Part shown: positions 31,801 to 43,771 of the stretch, one piece after another | Numbering within the stretch: the stretch's first letter is position 1 | Layout of the letters: every line of letters starts with the position of its first letter | DNA from: Zootoca vivipara | Taxonomy: Eukaryota | Direction: 5' to 3' | Length of the DNA stretch: 64,000 bases | Assembly: GCF_963506605.1 (NCBI RefSeq) | Contig: NC_083288.1 | Span: 30,194,001-30,258,000 of the forward strand | Notes under the pieces: generated by a model | What the model was told of the DNA's origin: nothing | The model's database searches: none | The model's input: only the letters and a program-made list of their open reading frames with translations | Position numbers and translations under genes: made by a program

Positions 31801-34800
31801 AACATACAGGTTTAGGGCCATGCTGTAGTGCAGTACTTATGCAATTTGAGTAAAAGGTGGCTGAGCTCATTGTCTCGGGGTTTGGGGGGGAGGTGACAAA
31901 ACTGATTTCCAATAAGTGTCCCCCTTTATTTCCATAAGAAGTCCTTGAGTTTGCACTCTGAATAGTGACACCAGGGACCTAGAAGGTGCAGGGCTTGTCA
32001 GTCCAACCCTTGCACAGTCTCATCAGGGCTGACCTTAAGGCAGTTGGAGCAATTGGGCCAATTTGGGCCCCGTGGGCCACTCCTAAGCCCCCCCCCCCGC
32101 ACCAGGGCAATCTAGATGGATTTTATTTATATCTAAAAGATTTTGCAGACTTTGGCTGTGAACTGGGGCCCTACAAAAAAATTCAAGTTGCGTCCCCACT
32201 GCTTCAAATTGAGCCCCACTGGCTAGCCCTGAGTCTCATAGCTGCTGTGCCTGAGTTGCCCTGCCCTTGCATGAAGTCTTGGTTGATGGCTGTTAATATA
32301 TATAGTGTTTGCAATTTTGGGAGAGGGGAGACTGCAGCACTGGGGAGCGGACAGGCTGGCGAGGCCCCCTAGATTTAGAGGCCTGAGTTGCCCTGCCCTC
32401 ACATGAAGTCTTGGGTTTGCAATTTTGGGAGCGGGGAGGTTGCCTGCTGGGGAGCGGGCAGGCTGGCATGGCCGCCTAGATTTAGAGGCCCTAGGTTTCA
32501 GCCTACTTAGCCTATACATATATCCAGCATTGGGTGGGAATATAAGTGGTCAGGTGATCCCTGAGGTATCCTGGACCCAAGTTGTTCAGAGCTTTGTAAA
32601 CAAATACAAGAACCTTAGCCCTGATTTGATAACAGATAGGCAGCCAGAGGTTGCTTTGTTTTTAACAATGGTATCACATGTTTTCAACCAGAATGTTCTT
32701 CCATCAGCAATCTTGCCTCAGCATACTGCACCAACTGGAGCTTCTGAACCAGACCCAAGGACAGTCCCACATAGAACGCAATACAGTAATCTAGCCTCAA
32801 AGATACCAATGCATGGACTACAGTGGTCAGGCAATCCCTATACAGGAACCACCATGGTTGGCGAACCAGACGAAGCTGGTAAAATGAACTAAATTCTGTA
32901 GGTAAATCCATAGAGATTAGGAGCAAGGATAGCTCTAGTCCCCATCCCTCTGTGAATTCAGCATATGTGAATACAGCTTTGGTGTCCAATTGAATAGTTT
33001 ATGACAAAATGTCCTTTTATGCATATAATATTCCCATCTTTAAACACAATGGTTAATATTACCATATAGGAAACTTTCTACTTTGCAAATTTAACTGAGT
33101 CAATCTGATGGTAGATACCTACCTGTTTGTTTAGAAATCTTTCCTTTGGGACATGGGTCACAATCATAGCAACAGAATGGCTCCCCCTCCTTCTTTTTCC
33201 TAACAGAACCTGGACGGCAGTTGTCATTACACACGGAGCGGGGATGCGTCTGTCCACAAATGCAAGGCAGGAAATGTTTACTCCATGCTTTGTAAATGCT
33301 ATTCCCACAAAAACTAATGGCATCAGAAAAAGGAGCATTCTGTATATAAAATATTTTCATACTTTCTATGTGTCAGTTTGCATTTTTTGGTGCAAAAAGT
33401 ATTGATCTAATGTGTAAAGATGTTTTCTATTCTAATTAATTCAAGAGGGTTCTGGAAGCTTCTCTGTGTGATAATGTGCAAGCTGGAAGTTTCTAGCTAA
33501 CAAGCAAGTTTCTATTCTGCCTAGAAACAGGCAGAAGGTTCCTGATATTTGGGTTATTCCTTCAGAGAAACTGAACAGCTGGTTTAAACTGGTTCTGTTA
33601 TCTCTTTCACTCAAGGTCATCCTGACTATAATAATAGGCCAGGAGGAGCCTGGGTTCCACTTTCTCTCTCTCTTTCCTTCTGGTGCAGTGTTCTGTACAT
33701 AGTACGTTTAAGTGCTAAGGTTTTAGATTTATTGTGAGTTATTGTTAAGTTCAAGCTAATTTTGTTTTTTTACTATAACTGGATTTCTTATGGACTGTGC
33801 CAATCCTGAAAATATCGGATTTGTGACCGTTATGCTCATTTGCCTTCAGTAGCAGTAAAGTTCTGCTGGAGGAAGCTAATTGTCTCTGGCCTATTTCTGA
33901 GGAATCCTGCAACATGTTTAAGATTTTACTCTGCTAACTATACGTTGGGGTCTGCTCTGGATCAATATGAACGGAATCAATGACACTAGGGCATAGGAAC
34001 AGAAGAAGAACCTTGTTGGATCAAATCCTGTTCTCACACGGGCACATTTTTTGGAGGGGGTGTGACCAGGCACTCCCATGACAGACTCCGTCATTGAAGC
34101 CTGGCTCTGGCCCGCAAGGGAGCTGCCTACTCCTAGTCGCAGCTCTGCTCCCATTCTCAAGCCCAGCTGGGCCAGGTGCAGTGGGCTCCCAGAGCCAAAA
34201 TCCATTCAAGAGGTGACCTGTTGCTGAATGAGTCAGCCTGNNNNNNNNNNNNNNNNNNNNNNNNNNNNNNNNNNNNNNNNNNNNNNNNNNNNNNNNNNNN
34301 NNNNNNNNNNNNNNNNNNNNNNNNNNNNNNNNNNNNNNNNNNNNNNNNNNNNNNNNNNNNNNNNNNNNNNNNNTGATTGACTAATTAGGCATCAGATTGC
34401 CATCTCATTTCTAAACAAACAGGTAAGTGTCTATCACATTCTCATATTAAAACGTGTATTCTTACAATTTCCTTCTCGTCTCCAGTGACTCAGTTAACGT
34501 CCACTGTATCATAACTCCACTAATCCTAGAAGATCTTGCTATAGTATTGTGTCCATATGAGTAGCTTTCTGTCTGTGAGGGTGAACTCTGAGGCAAGAGC
34601 TTTCTTTGTTCTAGGGTGTGGAGATTTAATATATGGAATACCTGTTTAAAAGAGATTTGTCAACTGCCTTGAAGACATAGGTGTATCAACTAAAGAAATA
34701 ATCTAGCATTCATACTGGAACCATCATTACTGATGTTTTTGTACGTGGATGCAACATGCACAATCCCAACCAAAATCTACCTGGTTAAACATGCTGTGCC

Positions 34801-37800
34801 ATGTGATGACATCTTCATTGATCACGAACTCTCTGTCAGTTAAGGTCCATGAATCCATCCTTCCTATTTTCACCCTCGAGAAAGATTTATTTGGGAAAGT
34901 AACCCAATTTATAATATCAAGTCCACTTTCCAATTCACCTTTCTCATTCAAAGACACCAGGTCCCCAGCAGTGTTGTTAAATGAGATTCTCCTCAAGAAA
35001 CGGTGAAGCTATAATCAAAGAGATAAAAGCTCTTTTTTTCTTTACAAAACATCACTGTCCTAATGACACCCAGGTCTACTTTTCCTTTCCACCTAAATGC
35101 AATGAAGCTGATTTTGAAAAGTGCTCAGAAACTTTAACTAGCTCAAAGAGCTGCAGCCAGATTGCTGACCGGGACTGGATATAGGGGGCATATTATTATA
35201 AGTTTTGTGGGGGAACTGCCCTAAGCCCTAGAAAATAACAAATGATAGGATAATGATACGAAGATATGAATATGAATATGGGATATGAAGGGAATACAAG
35301 CTGCAGAGGAATTCCTGGGCAAGCCTATGCAAAATGGCCTGGCCAATATTGGTGTGTGCTAAGACTTCTGCTAAACACTATTGAGTGAGCTGAAAACACC
35401 TCATCCCTAAGGAGTTGGTGCCTATGATTAGAGATGTGAAGGCCCGGAAAAAACCCGGAAAAATTCGGGGGGAAACCGTCGTCCCCCCCCCCCGTTTATT
35501 CCCTGAAGCCTTTTGTTTTGTTTTGTTTTTTCGAAAAATTGAAAAAATAAAAAATAGATTATGGAATGTTTTATTTTAACATGATGAATAAAATATTTTA
35601 AGATAAGGGGTTCAAATATTTTATAAGTATGTATGGTATCAGATTATTCTAATTTCTGTGAGGACAAGCAAGTTCTAGGTTACAAACTGAACTCTCCAAT
35701 GCAAGAACAAGATACATTTCTTCCTTTATAGGAGGTGCTGTTGTCACCAGAAAAGAAAAAGGTTTCAGTTTTGTTTTTGCATGTGTGTGGTATGCATTGG
35801 TTCTGTTCCACTTCACTAGGCCTCAAAGCACTGGAAGAAAATATAGAGCAACAAAAAGGTCTTAAAGTATATGTGTTGTTATGGCAATCAGAGAAGTGTT
35901 ATGAAAGAAAAAAAGAAATGAAAATATTTTAAACATTAAATGCTGTTAAAACAGTCTTTAAAAAGTGAAATAAACTAATTTAAGCATATAGTAGTAGCTA
36001 AAGTGGTTAACAGACCACACACATCAGTGTGAGGCAATACATAAGGCCTCATGGGCAAAACATGGGAGGTGGAGTAAGCATGTTGCATAGCAAGCAGTGA
36101 TGAATGACAAGTTAAATTTCAGTTCCTGTTTGGATACACTATATTTTTAATATGCTAGTTGTGATAATTTTATGCCCATTAAAATTATCCATAGTTATAT
36201 TTTATGTTTCTAAAGTAACAGAATGACTTTCAATCTGGAAAAGAAAAAAGAAGTGCTAATGTAGCATTTTTTTCAATTTTTCCGGAAAAGAAACGGGGGG
36301 GGGGGAACCGGGTTTTTTTCCAAGCTTCAAATTTTCTGGAAATTTTACATCTTTACCTATGACCCCTAGTCTCCAGAATTAAGAAAAGTTTGGCTAGGTA
36401 GAAATTGGTGTAGATACAGTATTGAACTCCTTGACAAGAAGGAAAATGGATAGGTTTCTAAGGGAGAGGAAACTAGCTGTGGAATTTGCACTAGAGGTGT
36501 AAAATGTTCTCTACAATGGTCACTTGTCACATAGTTGAACATACTGTTAGTAGAAACATTATGTTCATGTTTGTAGAGACGTTTGGATTCTGAAGTTGTA
36601 CCTCGTATGGATGTGGACTTCGAACAGCTGTCACTGCTGTGTGCACTTGATTCCAGGAGTCCATGGCATCTAAAGCATGAGCTATGGCATAGACAGCATT
36701 GTATACACTGTAGCTTTGCGGAGTCATGCTCATTTCAAAAAATGGCCCAGGAAGGCTCTCCAGTTTCTCCTTCCCAGTGCAGGTGCCACCAGTGCTCTCT
36801 CCAACCACAGATGGATCTGTAACTAAACAGCTGAAAGCCTGCTCCCAAAAGTCCCTGATAAAATTGTCACCATGCTGTGAGTAAGGATTTACTGTCAGAA
36901 GGAAACTGTGGAATTCCTGCACCACGTTGGTGTGAATTGCAAAAGATAGAGCTCCCTGGAAGACTTCTCTGTCAAATCTTTTGTGAAACTCTATGGCTGG
37001 GAAATCCCATTGGGCGGTCATAATCCACACTTTGCCTAGAGTCACATTTGTCTTATCATCTGTCTCTACTTGGTACATCAAGAATATAAAAAACAATGAG
37101 AACTGCGTCTCTGCATATAGAATAATAGTTTTTACTGTCTTGTTGTTGTTAACAAGTTGGAGTGTATTTACTGTACCTTCATGCGCAGTAATTATTTCAG
37201 AGAAGTCTGTCAGCAATGGCATTCTGTCAATGAATGCAGTACAGATGCCACTCTCTGAAAGCATTGGCATCAAGGTCTGCAGAAAATTCTCTCCTCTATC
37301 ATCCTCCAGCATGACGATCCCAACCCATGTCCACTGGAAATGCAAAAGGAGGTGGACAATTCCTTGGTACTGATTCTCCTCATTTGGAACAATTCGGTAT
37401 AGGAAAGGGAAGTGGGTTTCAGCGCTTGATGGACCAAACAAGTAATAAGAGATCTAAGCATAAGCAAATGCATTACTGAAATTAAGTGTACTTTGAGAGA
37501 TAATATAATACAGAAATACTTTTTAAGAAGTTTATTTTGGAACTGGTTCATCACCATTACTTGATGCTATTCCAAAACATGATGTGATGGGTACTCACAC
37601 TTGACTCCGTATGTTAAATCATAGGGACTGAGCAAGCATAGACATGGTTGCTCTGATTCCCCACTCTCTCTACTTGCAGTTTCTAGCTCATCAGAATGCA
37701 CAACAGATGCATCTCACCTTTTCTCTAAAGCACTTTTTCTTTATGCAATTTCTGTAAAAATCCACATGTATATGCTACCTGAGGAATCTTGTAGATGCTT

Positions 37801-38991
37801 AAGATGGTGGCCATGTAAAAAGTGGTTTTAGAGTCAAGTCCCCCAATGGCTGCTATCAGATTCTTCTGTGTGCCACACTTGTAGTTGGGAACTGTCCTTT
37901 TCTGGCTAAAAAGAAGGTTCAGAGTGGTTTGAAATGTCAACTTTTCATTGAAGTAGCTGTCATAGATATGAAATCCCAATGTAACATTTGGCAAAATCCT
38001 GGGATCCTCATTGATCTCCTTCATTGCAAACACCAGGGCCAGGACATGCTGGTAGTTTTTTGTCACTACACTGCAATCAGAAAATAAGCTATGTTACATC
38101 AATATTCTAGACCTCATAATCTACTTGTTCAGTCCACTTGCTTTTGTCCTGACATCCAGTACATCATGCCCACTCGGCTTCAAAAACATGAAGACACTGA
38201 GTCAAAAATAGCAAGGAGATTTTAATTATCCCTGAATACTGTGAGCTGCTTGGATGAAAGGAAGCAAACAGAGAGTGACAGTGGTTGCTTCTATGGGCAG
38301 TAAAGAGCAATGTGCATCTTCTTGAGTAAATATCTTGTAAACCCTAGGGTTTTTAAAAGAAATATTATGGATAATTGCATTATTTTCTATGTGAATATGA
38401 AATCACTACATAGACAAACAGGGGACTGTGATGCTGGTTAGGTACAAGAGACCTGTTCTCTAACTCCAGAATTTCTGATTGAAATAACAGAATCTGTGTT
38501 TTTATCCTATTCTTTATAGACGCCTTTATTTTGCCTAGGGATGTCAGCGAACTATGGTAAGTGGACAATATTGAAATTCTCTCTACTCACATGGGCAGCA
38601 AAACAAAAATCTGGGTGATATTCAATAATAGTCATACTCAGAGTAGACCCATTGAAATAATTAGATATCACCAAATGTCATCATTTTCATTATCTACCTA
38701 TAATATTATTTTACCCTGCCCCATAGACATTTAATAAGTAACATGCAAAGAAATTCCTTACACAGGATCCTCAATAAACATTAAATTGGGGTGTTTCACG
38801 AAGGTTATGATGTCAAAGAAGGAGAAGAACTGAGAAGAGATACCACCAATGGTGAGATCACCTTGCTGATAATACTCATGTGGGATCTGGAGGGGATCAC
38901 TCATGCTGCAAGGAATGGAGTGTGCTTTGCACTCAGTAAAGGAAAGATGAACCAACCACAACCACAGTAGCACCAGAAACAAAAACAGCAT
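28884..38991 (-). CDS. V2R gene D, complete, 876 aa. Exons: 38762-38991, 37779-38070, 36602-37453, 34781-35008, 33123-33249, 28884-29785
   Basis: Exon lengths 230/292/852/228/127/902 sum to 2631 nt, all GT-AG, open frame with VFT, Cys-rich and 7TM motifs. Assembly gap lies in intron 4. Confidence 0.92.
29930..30348 (-). mobile_element. L1-type LINE 3' fragment
   Basis: [38 protein letters not shown]. Confidence 0.75.
32540..32890 (-). mobile_element. L2 LINE ORF2 fragment
   Basis: [28 protein letters not shown] is the L2 C-terminal motif. Confidence 0.75.
34241..34373. other. Assembly gap (133 N)
   Basis: Run of N. Confidence 1.
35429..36355. mobile_element. Non-autonomous hAT element (927 bp) in V2R-D intron 3
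   Basis: TIRs tagagatgtgaa and ttttacatcttta, 8-bp TSD cctatgat/cctatgac, subterminal ccggaaaa repeats. Confidence 0.8.
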
Positions 38992-39199
38992 TGCAACTGT
39001 ACAGATGAATCCTTTCAGGCTGAATCAAAATCCACTGTTCCAATCTAATTCATCACTATACGATGTCAGCCCATTTAGAGCAACCCATTCCCTGTCTTTT
39101 CTGACTCTGCTGGTCAATGGTGATACTTATGACCTTTAAAATGCAGCTGTTCTGCTTCTCCACAGTCTTTTACCCCAAGCCTTGCATGTCACAAGAACA

Positions 39200-39450
39200 T
39201 TTTATATCCTTTTTATTTTGTATTTTGATTACTTATTGTAATGGTGGTCACTTAAAACACATGTTGTCTTTCGCAGGAAAGAGGACCAACACAATTTAAG
39301 ATTATTACAGAGTTCACAATTACCTCCTGAGAGTCTTTTGATCTCAGGCAGAACACCTGAAGAAAACATGTTTATTAGGTGGCATCTCTCACAGGATCCT
39401 TAGTATCAGGAACAACACCTGGGCTTAGTATAACACTGAACAAGAATATA
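39200..39450 (-). promoter_or_regulatory. Putative V2R-D promoter module
   Basis: TATAAAA at 39200-39206 (minus), two CACCTG E-boxes and the conserved blocks. Confidence 0.55.
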
Positions 39451-39699
39451 CATCCAGAAGAGCTAGGCCTTGGAATGAGGCCATAGGGCAGCTGTGGAGA
39501 ACCTGTGGCCCTCTTGATGTTATTGGACTCCCATAAACCTCAGCCATCATGGACAATCTTTGGGGTGATGAGTTCTACAATTCTGCAACATTTTGAGGGT
39601 CTCGTTTCCCAACCCCCCCCCCCTGTCTAACTGCTCCATGTATGGATTTTTTTTATATAAAAAGACTTTTTATATATATAAAAAGACTTTTTATATAAA

Positions 39700-40455
39700 A
39701 AGACTTTTTTTAAGACATACACAATAATAGAAGGAAAAGAAACAAACATAACAAACAGAACATAAACAAAATCTTGAAGAGAAAACATACAAACAAAGAA
39801 TATGTGTAAATAAAAAATTAAATCCAAATCATATATACATAAAGATGACATAAAATTAAATCATATGTATAATAAACAAGGACATCCTGGAAATTAACAA
39901 AAATCTGAAAAGCTACACCCCACCACCACCACCACCACCCCCTCCACCACTTGTGACTTCCAACCTCTCCTATATACTGATTTATATTTCCTTGATAGAT
40001 TGCATACTTTATTCTATTATAATTTTCTTTTCTTTTTTCTTTTTTACTTTTTGTGCCCTTCATACCTCTGCTACAAGATTCACTTTTTCTACCTGTTTCT
40101 TTAGATATTGTTTAAATATTTTTGAATCCTTTCCTGCTTTCTCATCACTTAACCTTTTCAATACCCCAACTTTTATTGCTAAATTTTGTTATATTGTTAG
40201 TTTAATAAGCCAATCTTCTTTACTCGGAACTTTATCACTTTTCCAATTTCTTGCGATCAGGAGTCTGCCAGCTACTGTTGCATCAATACACATCTATCTC
40301 TTGCTTTTATTTCTTCATTTAGCATTCCCAAAAGGAATATTTCTGGATCTTTTCTAAACGAATACTTAACTATCTTTTTTTAATTCTTTGTATATTTCAT
40401 CCCAATTTTTTTTAAAAAAATTGCAATGCCACCATACATGTAAGTAAGTGTTCCA
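39700..40455 (-). mobile_element. L1-type LINE 3' fragment
   Basis: Minus strand reads HVWWHC..DATVAGRLLIARNWKSDKVPSKEDWL, with an A/T-rich 3' UTR. Confidence 0.65.
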
Positions 40456-41994
40456 TGTATGGATGTAGAACTGTGTACAATGTTCTATGATAGGCTGTTA
40501 GTTTTATTTGTTCTGAATTTTCTTTTGGTAATGTGAACCTTCTCGGAGAGTTTATATGAGAATGTAATATATCAAATCTTATACTTTGTGGAATACATTA
40601 GCATTCCCTGTTAGCATATGGAGGCTTCTGTGCAGATGCAGAATAGCTAGGGCATAAACTGAAGCATCCTTCCACCATTGTTAGACGTCATCACAACTAC
40701 ATCATTGTGGCTGTATGTGTGGTTGTGAAAGAATCCCCATGGTGGAAGCTGTCAATAAAGAAAACCCGAATCAGATCAGGATGCCCACAAAGTTTCATGT
40801 TGCTCTGTCATTCTAATGTTTCTGAACTATTGACTATGGCTTGTTATTTTCCTGTAGGTTTCTCTAGTCTATGGGTGTATGCTAGCCAGGGAGAGGAAGT
40901 AATCCTATTGTTATAATGGTAACAAAAAAATATCAATAAGTGGTGCCACTACCCTCCAGTCCTTGGAACCACCCCTTGACCATAACCCACCATAATTCCT
41001 GTTCCAAGTTGGCTATCTTGACACTTTCTTGATATAAAGCATGCACAGTCTTATTCAAAAAGTTAGGCTTAACTGGAATTAATTCCTGCTTCAGAAGAGT
41101 GCAACCCCCTCACCAAACAGCTGTAATCATATCTAATGCAAGTCTATTCTACAAAACAGCTGCTCTCGTGGCAGAGGTTTCTTTATTCAGGGCAGCTACT
41201 GAAATCTCCTTTCCCCATGCCCCCTTATCCGGCACAGCTCAGAACTTTCTTTTCCTGCCGCCTTTCTCTATGTCAATCTTATCTGTGTCAGACAGGCTAA
41301 CTCTAGTTCTCCCCCCAGCAGTCAAAAGTTTGATAACAAAGGACTTTTCCACTGGGGTCTTGCAAAAACTCCAATCCCCATCACAGCTATCCCCATCCCT
41401 AAGCATCATGGCAAGCTGCTATTAACCAATCAAGCAATGAAAGACTCCCTTGCCTTCCTCAGGTTCCATATAGTCTCTGCTGTAAAGCTAAATGCATTGC
41501 CACACTACTCATATTCTCCACCTCCTCAAGCCATCATCAACCCCATCCCACAAACACAGCATCCAAGCCAATAGAGATTCACGAGGCTGCTGGCAAAAAA
41601 AATTAACCATCTCCATCAATTCACTCACTGTGTAATATTGAATGTTGTTCACCAGCACTGGCTGTGCTGATGGAGCACCCTCAATGGGCTGTGCCTTCAG
41701 GATTAACCCTAAGAGCTATTATGTAGTGTTTGGGCATGGTGGAAGTTCCTGTGCTCTAAGTCACCACCATCTGAGTCCCACAAAGCTTCTCAGTCTCCCA
41801 GCATGGAACGGCTTTCTCAGAGAATCAGAGTTTGATCTCTAGTTCCCTCTGTTTTTCCAGAGTGAATGAGATAACTAAAATTTGTGAGTTGGCTATATCA
41901 TTGATCACCACATAATTATCTCTTTTGGTAGAGTGTCAACAAGAGATGTCTAGTTTGCCATCTTCCTCCCCAGAAATCCATGACAGTGCTCAGG

Positions 41995-42340
41995 TATCAA
42001 AACAGACCCCCACATTGCAAAAAGCATCCTGGCAAAGAAAGCTAAGGCAGAGCTGACAGCCAGGTATCCTATATCTACATAATAAAACATAGGGACAGAT
42101 ACTTCATTACATCCATCCACAATTTTGTCAGCCAAAGACTACATGTAAAAGCATGGGCTATGGCACAGCTTATTCTTCCCAGTGCAAGTTGCATTACTCT
42201 CCCAATCACAGAGGAGTCTGAAGATAAACAGCTGAAAGCCTGCTTCTGAGAGCCATCTCTGTCATATCATCTGTTTCTACCTCATGCAGCAACAATATGA
42301 AATCCAATGAAGACAGTGTTTCTGAATATACAATAGCTAC
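41995..42340 (-). pseudogene. Heavily deleted V2R relic (exon-3 pieces fused to exon-6 pieces)
   Basis: Translates in part as LADKIVDGCNEVSVPMFY..GYL..AFFAR (exon 6). 42140-42340 matches several separated segments of gene D exon 3 (e.g. aaacagctgaaagcctgct, tatcatctgtttctac) in colinear order. Confidence 0.75.
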
Positions 42341-42344
42341 AGGA

Positions 42345-43040
42345 CCCATGCTCTGGTAACTGGACTATTATAATGCCCTGTACAGGAAGCTGCCCTTGAA
42401 GATGGTCCAGAAACAGCAACTAATGCAGAAAGCAGTGGTCAGAGTACTGACGATCATAGCTGCCAAGTTATCCCTTTTTTTAAGGGATTTTCCCTTATGC
42501 TGAATAGGCTTCCTCGCGAGAAAAGGGAAAACTTGGCAGCTATGCTGACGATCATGGCTGATCGAGAACATAAAAAGGAGAGTCAATGAATACACTGCTT
42601 GTCAGCCCACTTATGAACCTTGTCCAAGGTACTTAAGCTTATATACGGCCCTACAAGACTTGAGAGCAACAATCTGAAGGAGCACTTCATCCCAATTTGC
42701 TGATGATGCCACCTCCTAGAAAAGTTTGAGTCACCCTTCTCTGTGGTTACAGCCTGCCTCTGAAGTGACCTCCCTTCTGAGGTGCATCAAGTACCAACAT
42801 TATTAAGTTTTCATCAACAACTGACAATGCACCTCTTTATTTGGGCCTTTGGGAATGGGTTGGTGTTCAGAACTAATGAGAAAAAATTATCACCTGCTTT
42901 TTATTATTTTGATTTTTTTAATGGGAACTTTTATGTAATTATATTGAAAGGTTATGTTAATTTTGCTATTCCATTATTTTTATGCCATGCGTTTCAACCC
43001 TGGAACCTTATGGTAAAGGATGGACTACAACATGGTTAAT
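42345..43040 (+). mobile_element. L2 LINE 3' fragment (interrupted by a hAT MITE)
   Basis: LDYYNALYRKLPLKMVQKQQLMQKAVVRVL is a degenerate L2 motif, followed by an L2-type 3' end. Confidence 0.55.
42455..42544. mobile_element. 90-bp hAT MITE, very young
   Basis: Perfect 15-bp TIRs catagctgccaagtt and perfect 8-bp TSD ctgacgat. Confidence 0.92.
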
Positions 43041-43344
43041 CACTGTCGTCACCACCACCATAGTAACATTAAATGTTTGTGTTGATGTAGTAAAGCAGCA
43101 TATTCAACCACTGTAATGCTATGCAAGGTTGCAGAGGGATAACATTAATACTGTTCTCATTTATATCCCAAGCATGTCCATTTAACAGGCTAGAATAGGA
43201 AACTTGAAATTCTCCAACTCCCTTCAGTCCTAGCAGGCATGGTCAGTAATCAGGGATGATGGAAGCTGGAGTCCAATAACACCTGGACAGGCACAAGTTC
43301 CCTATTCCTATGGCTTCATTCCAAGACTTTGGTTTTCTGTATGT

Positions 43345-43579
43345 ATTTTCTTGCTCAGTGTCATAGTATGTCCAGGTGTTGATCTCAAGCCCTGAGATAA
43401 TACCTAACCAACTTGTTTTCTTCTGCTGTTCTGCTGTCTATGAGGAGAACATTTTCTGAGCTGATTTATAATTACCTTATAATTATGTAAAATTACAGTA
43501 ATCCTTTCTGGCCAATGACAACATGGATTTTCACTGACTACACACATAAAAAGAAATCAGTATGAAAATACATATAAAA
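43345..43579 (+). promoter_or_regulatory. Putative V2R-E promoter module
   Basis: TATAAAA at 43573-43579, CAGGTG and TAAT block. Inverted homolog of the D upstream region. Confidence 0.55.
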
Positions 43580-43771
43580 CTTTTCAGAGCTTGGGGGTGT
43601 GGATTGTGGACAAGAAGAGCTATTTCACAGGCTACATAGTATCACTAGCGACTTGCACCATCAAGAGAGTGTACAAACAAACCTGTTCTGAACCAGCTGA
43701 TATTAGATAATAATGAATTAGCCTGGAAGAGTGGGTTTGCTTTGGTAGCAAAGAATTCACCCTTATGTGCA

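Noticed and set aside
33413-33914. Possible solo LTRs (also 30350-30578 and 31400-31720)
   Set aside because: LTR-like composition and CA ends, but no matching TSD or clear 5' boundary could be established by eye.
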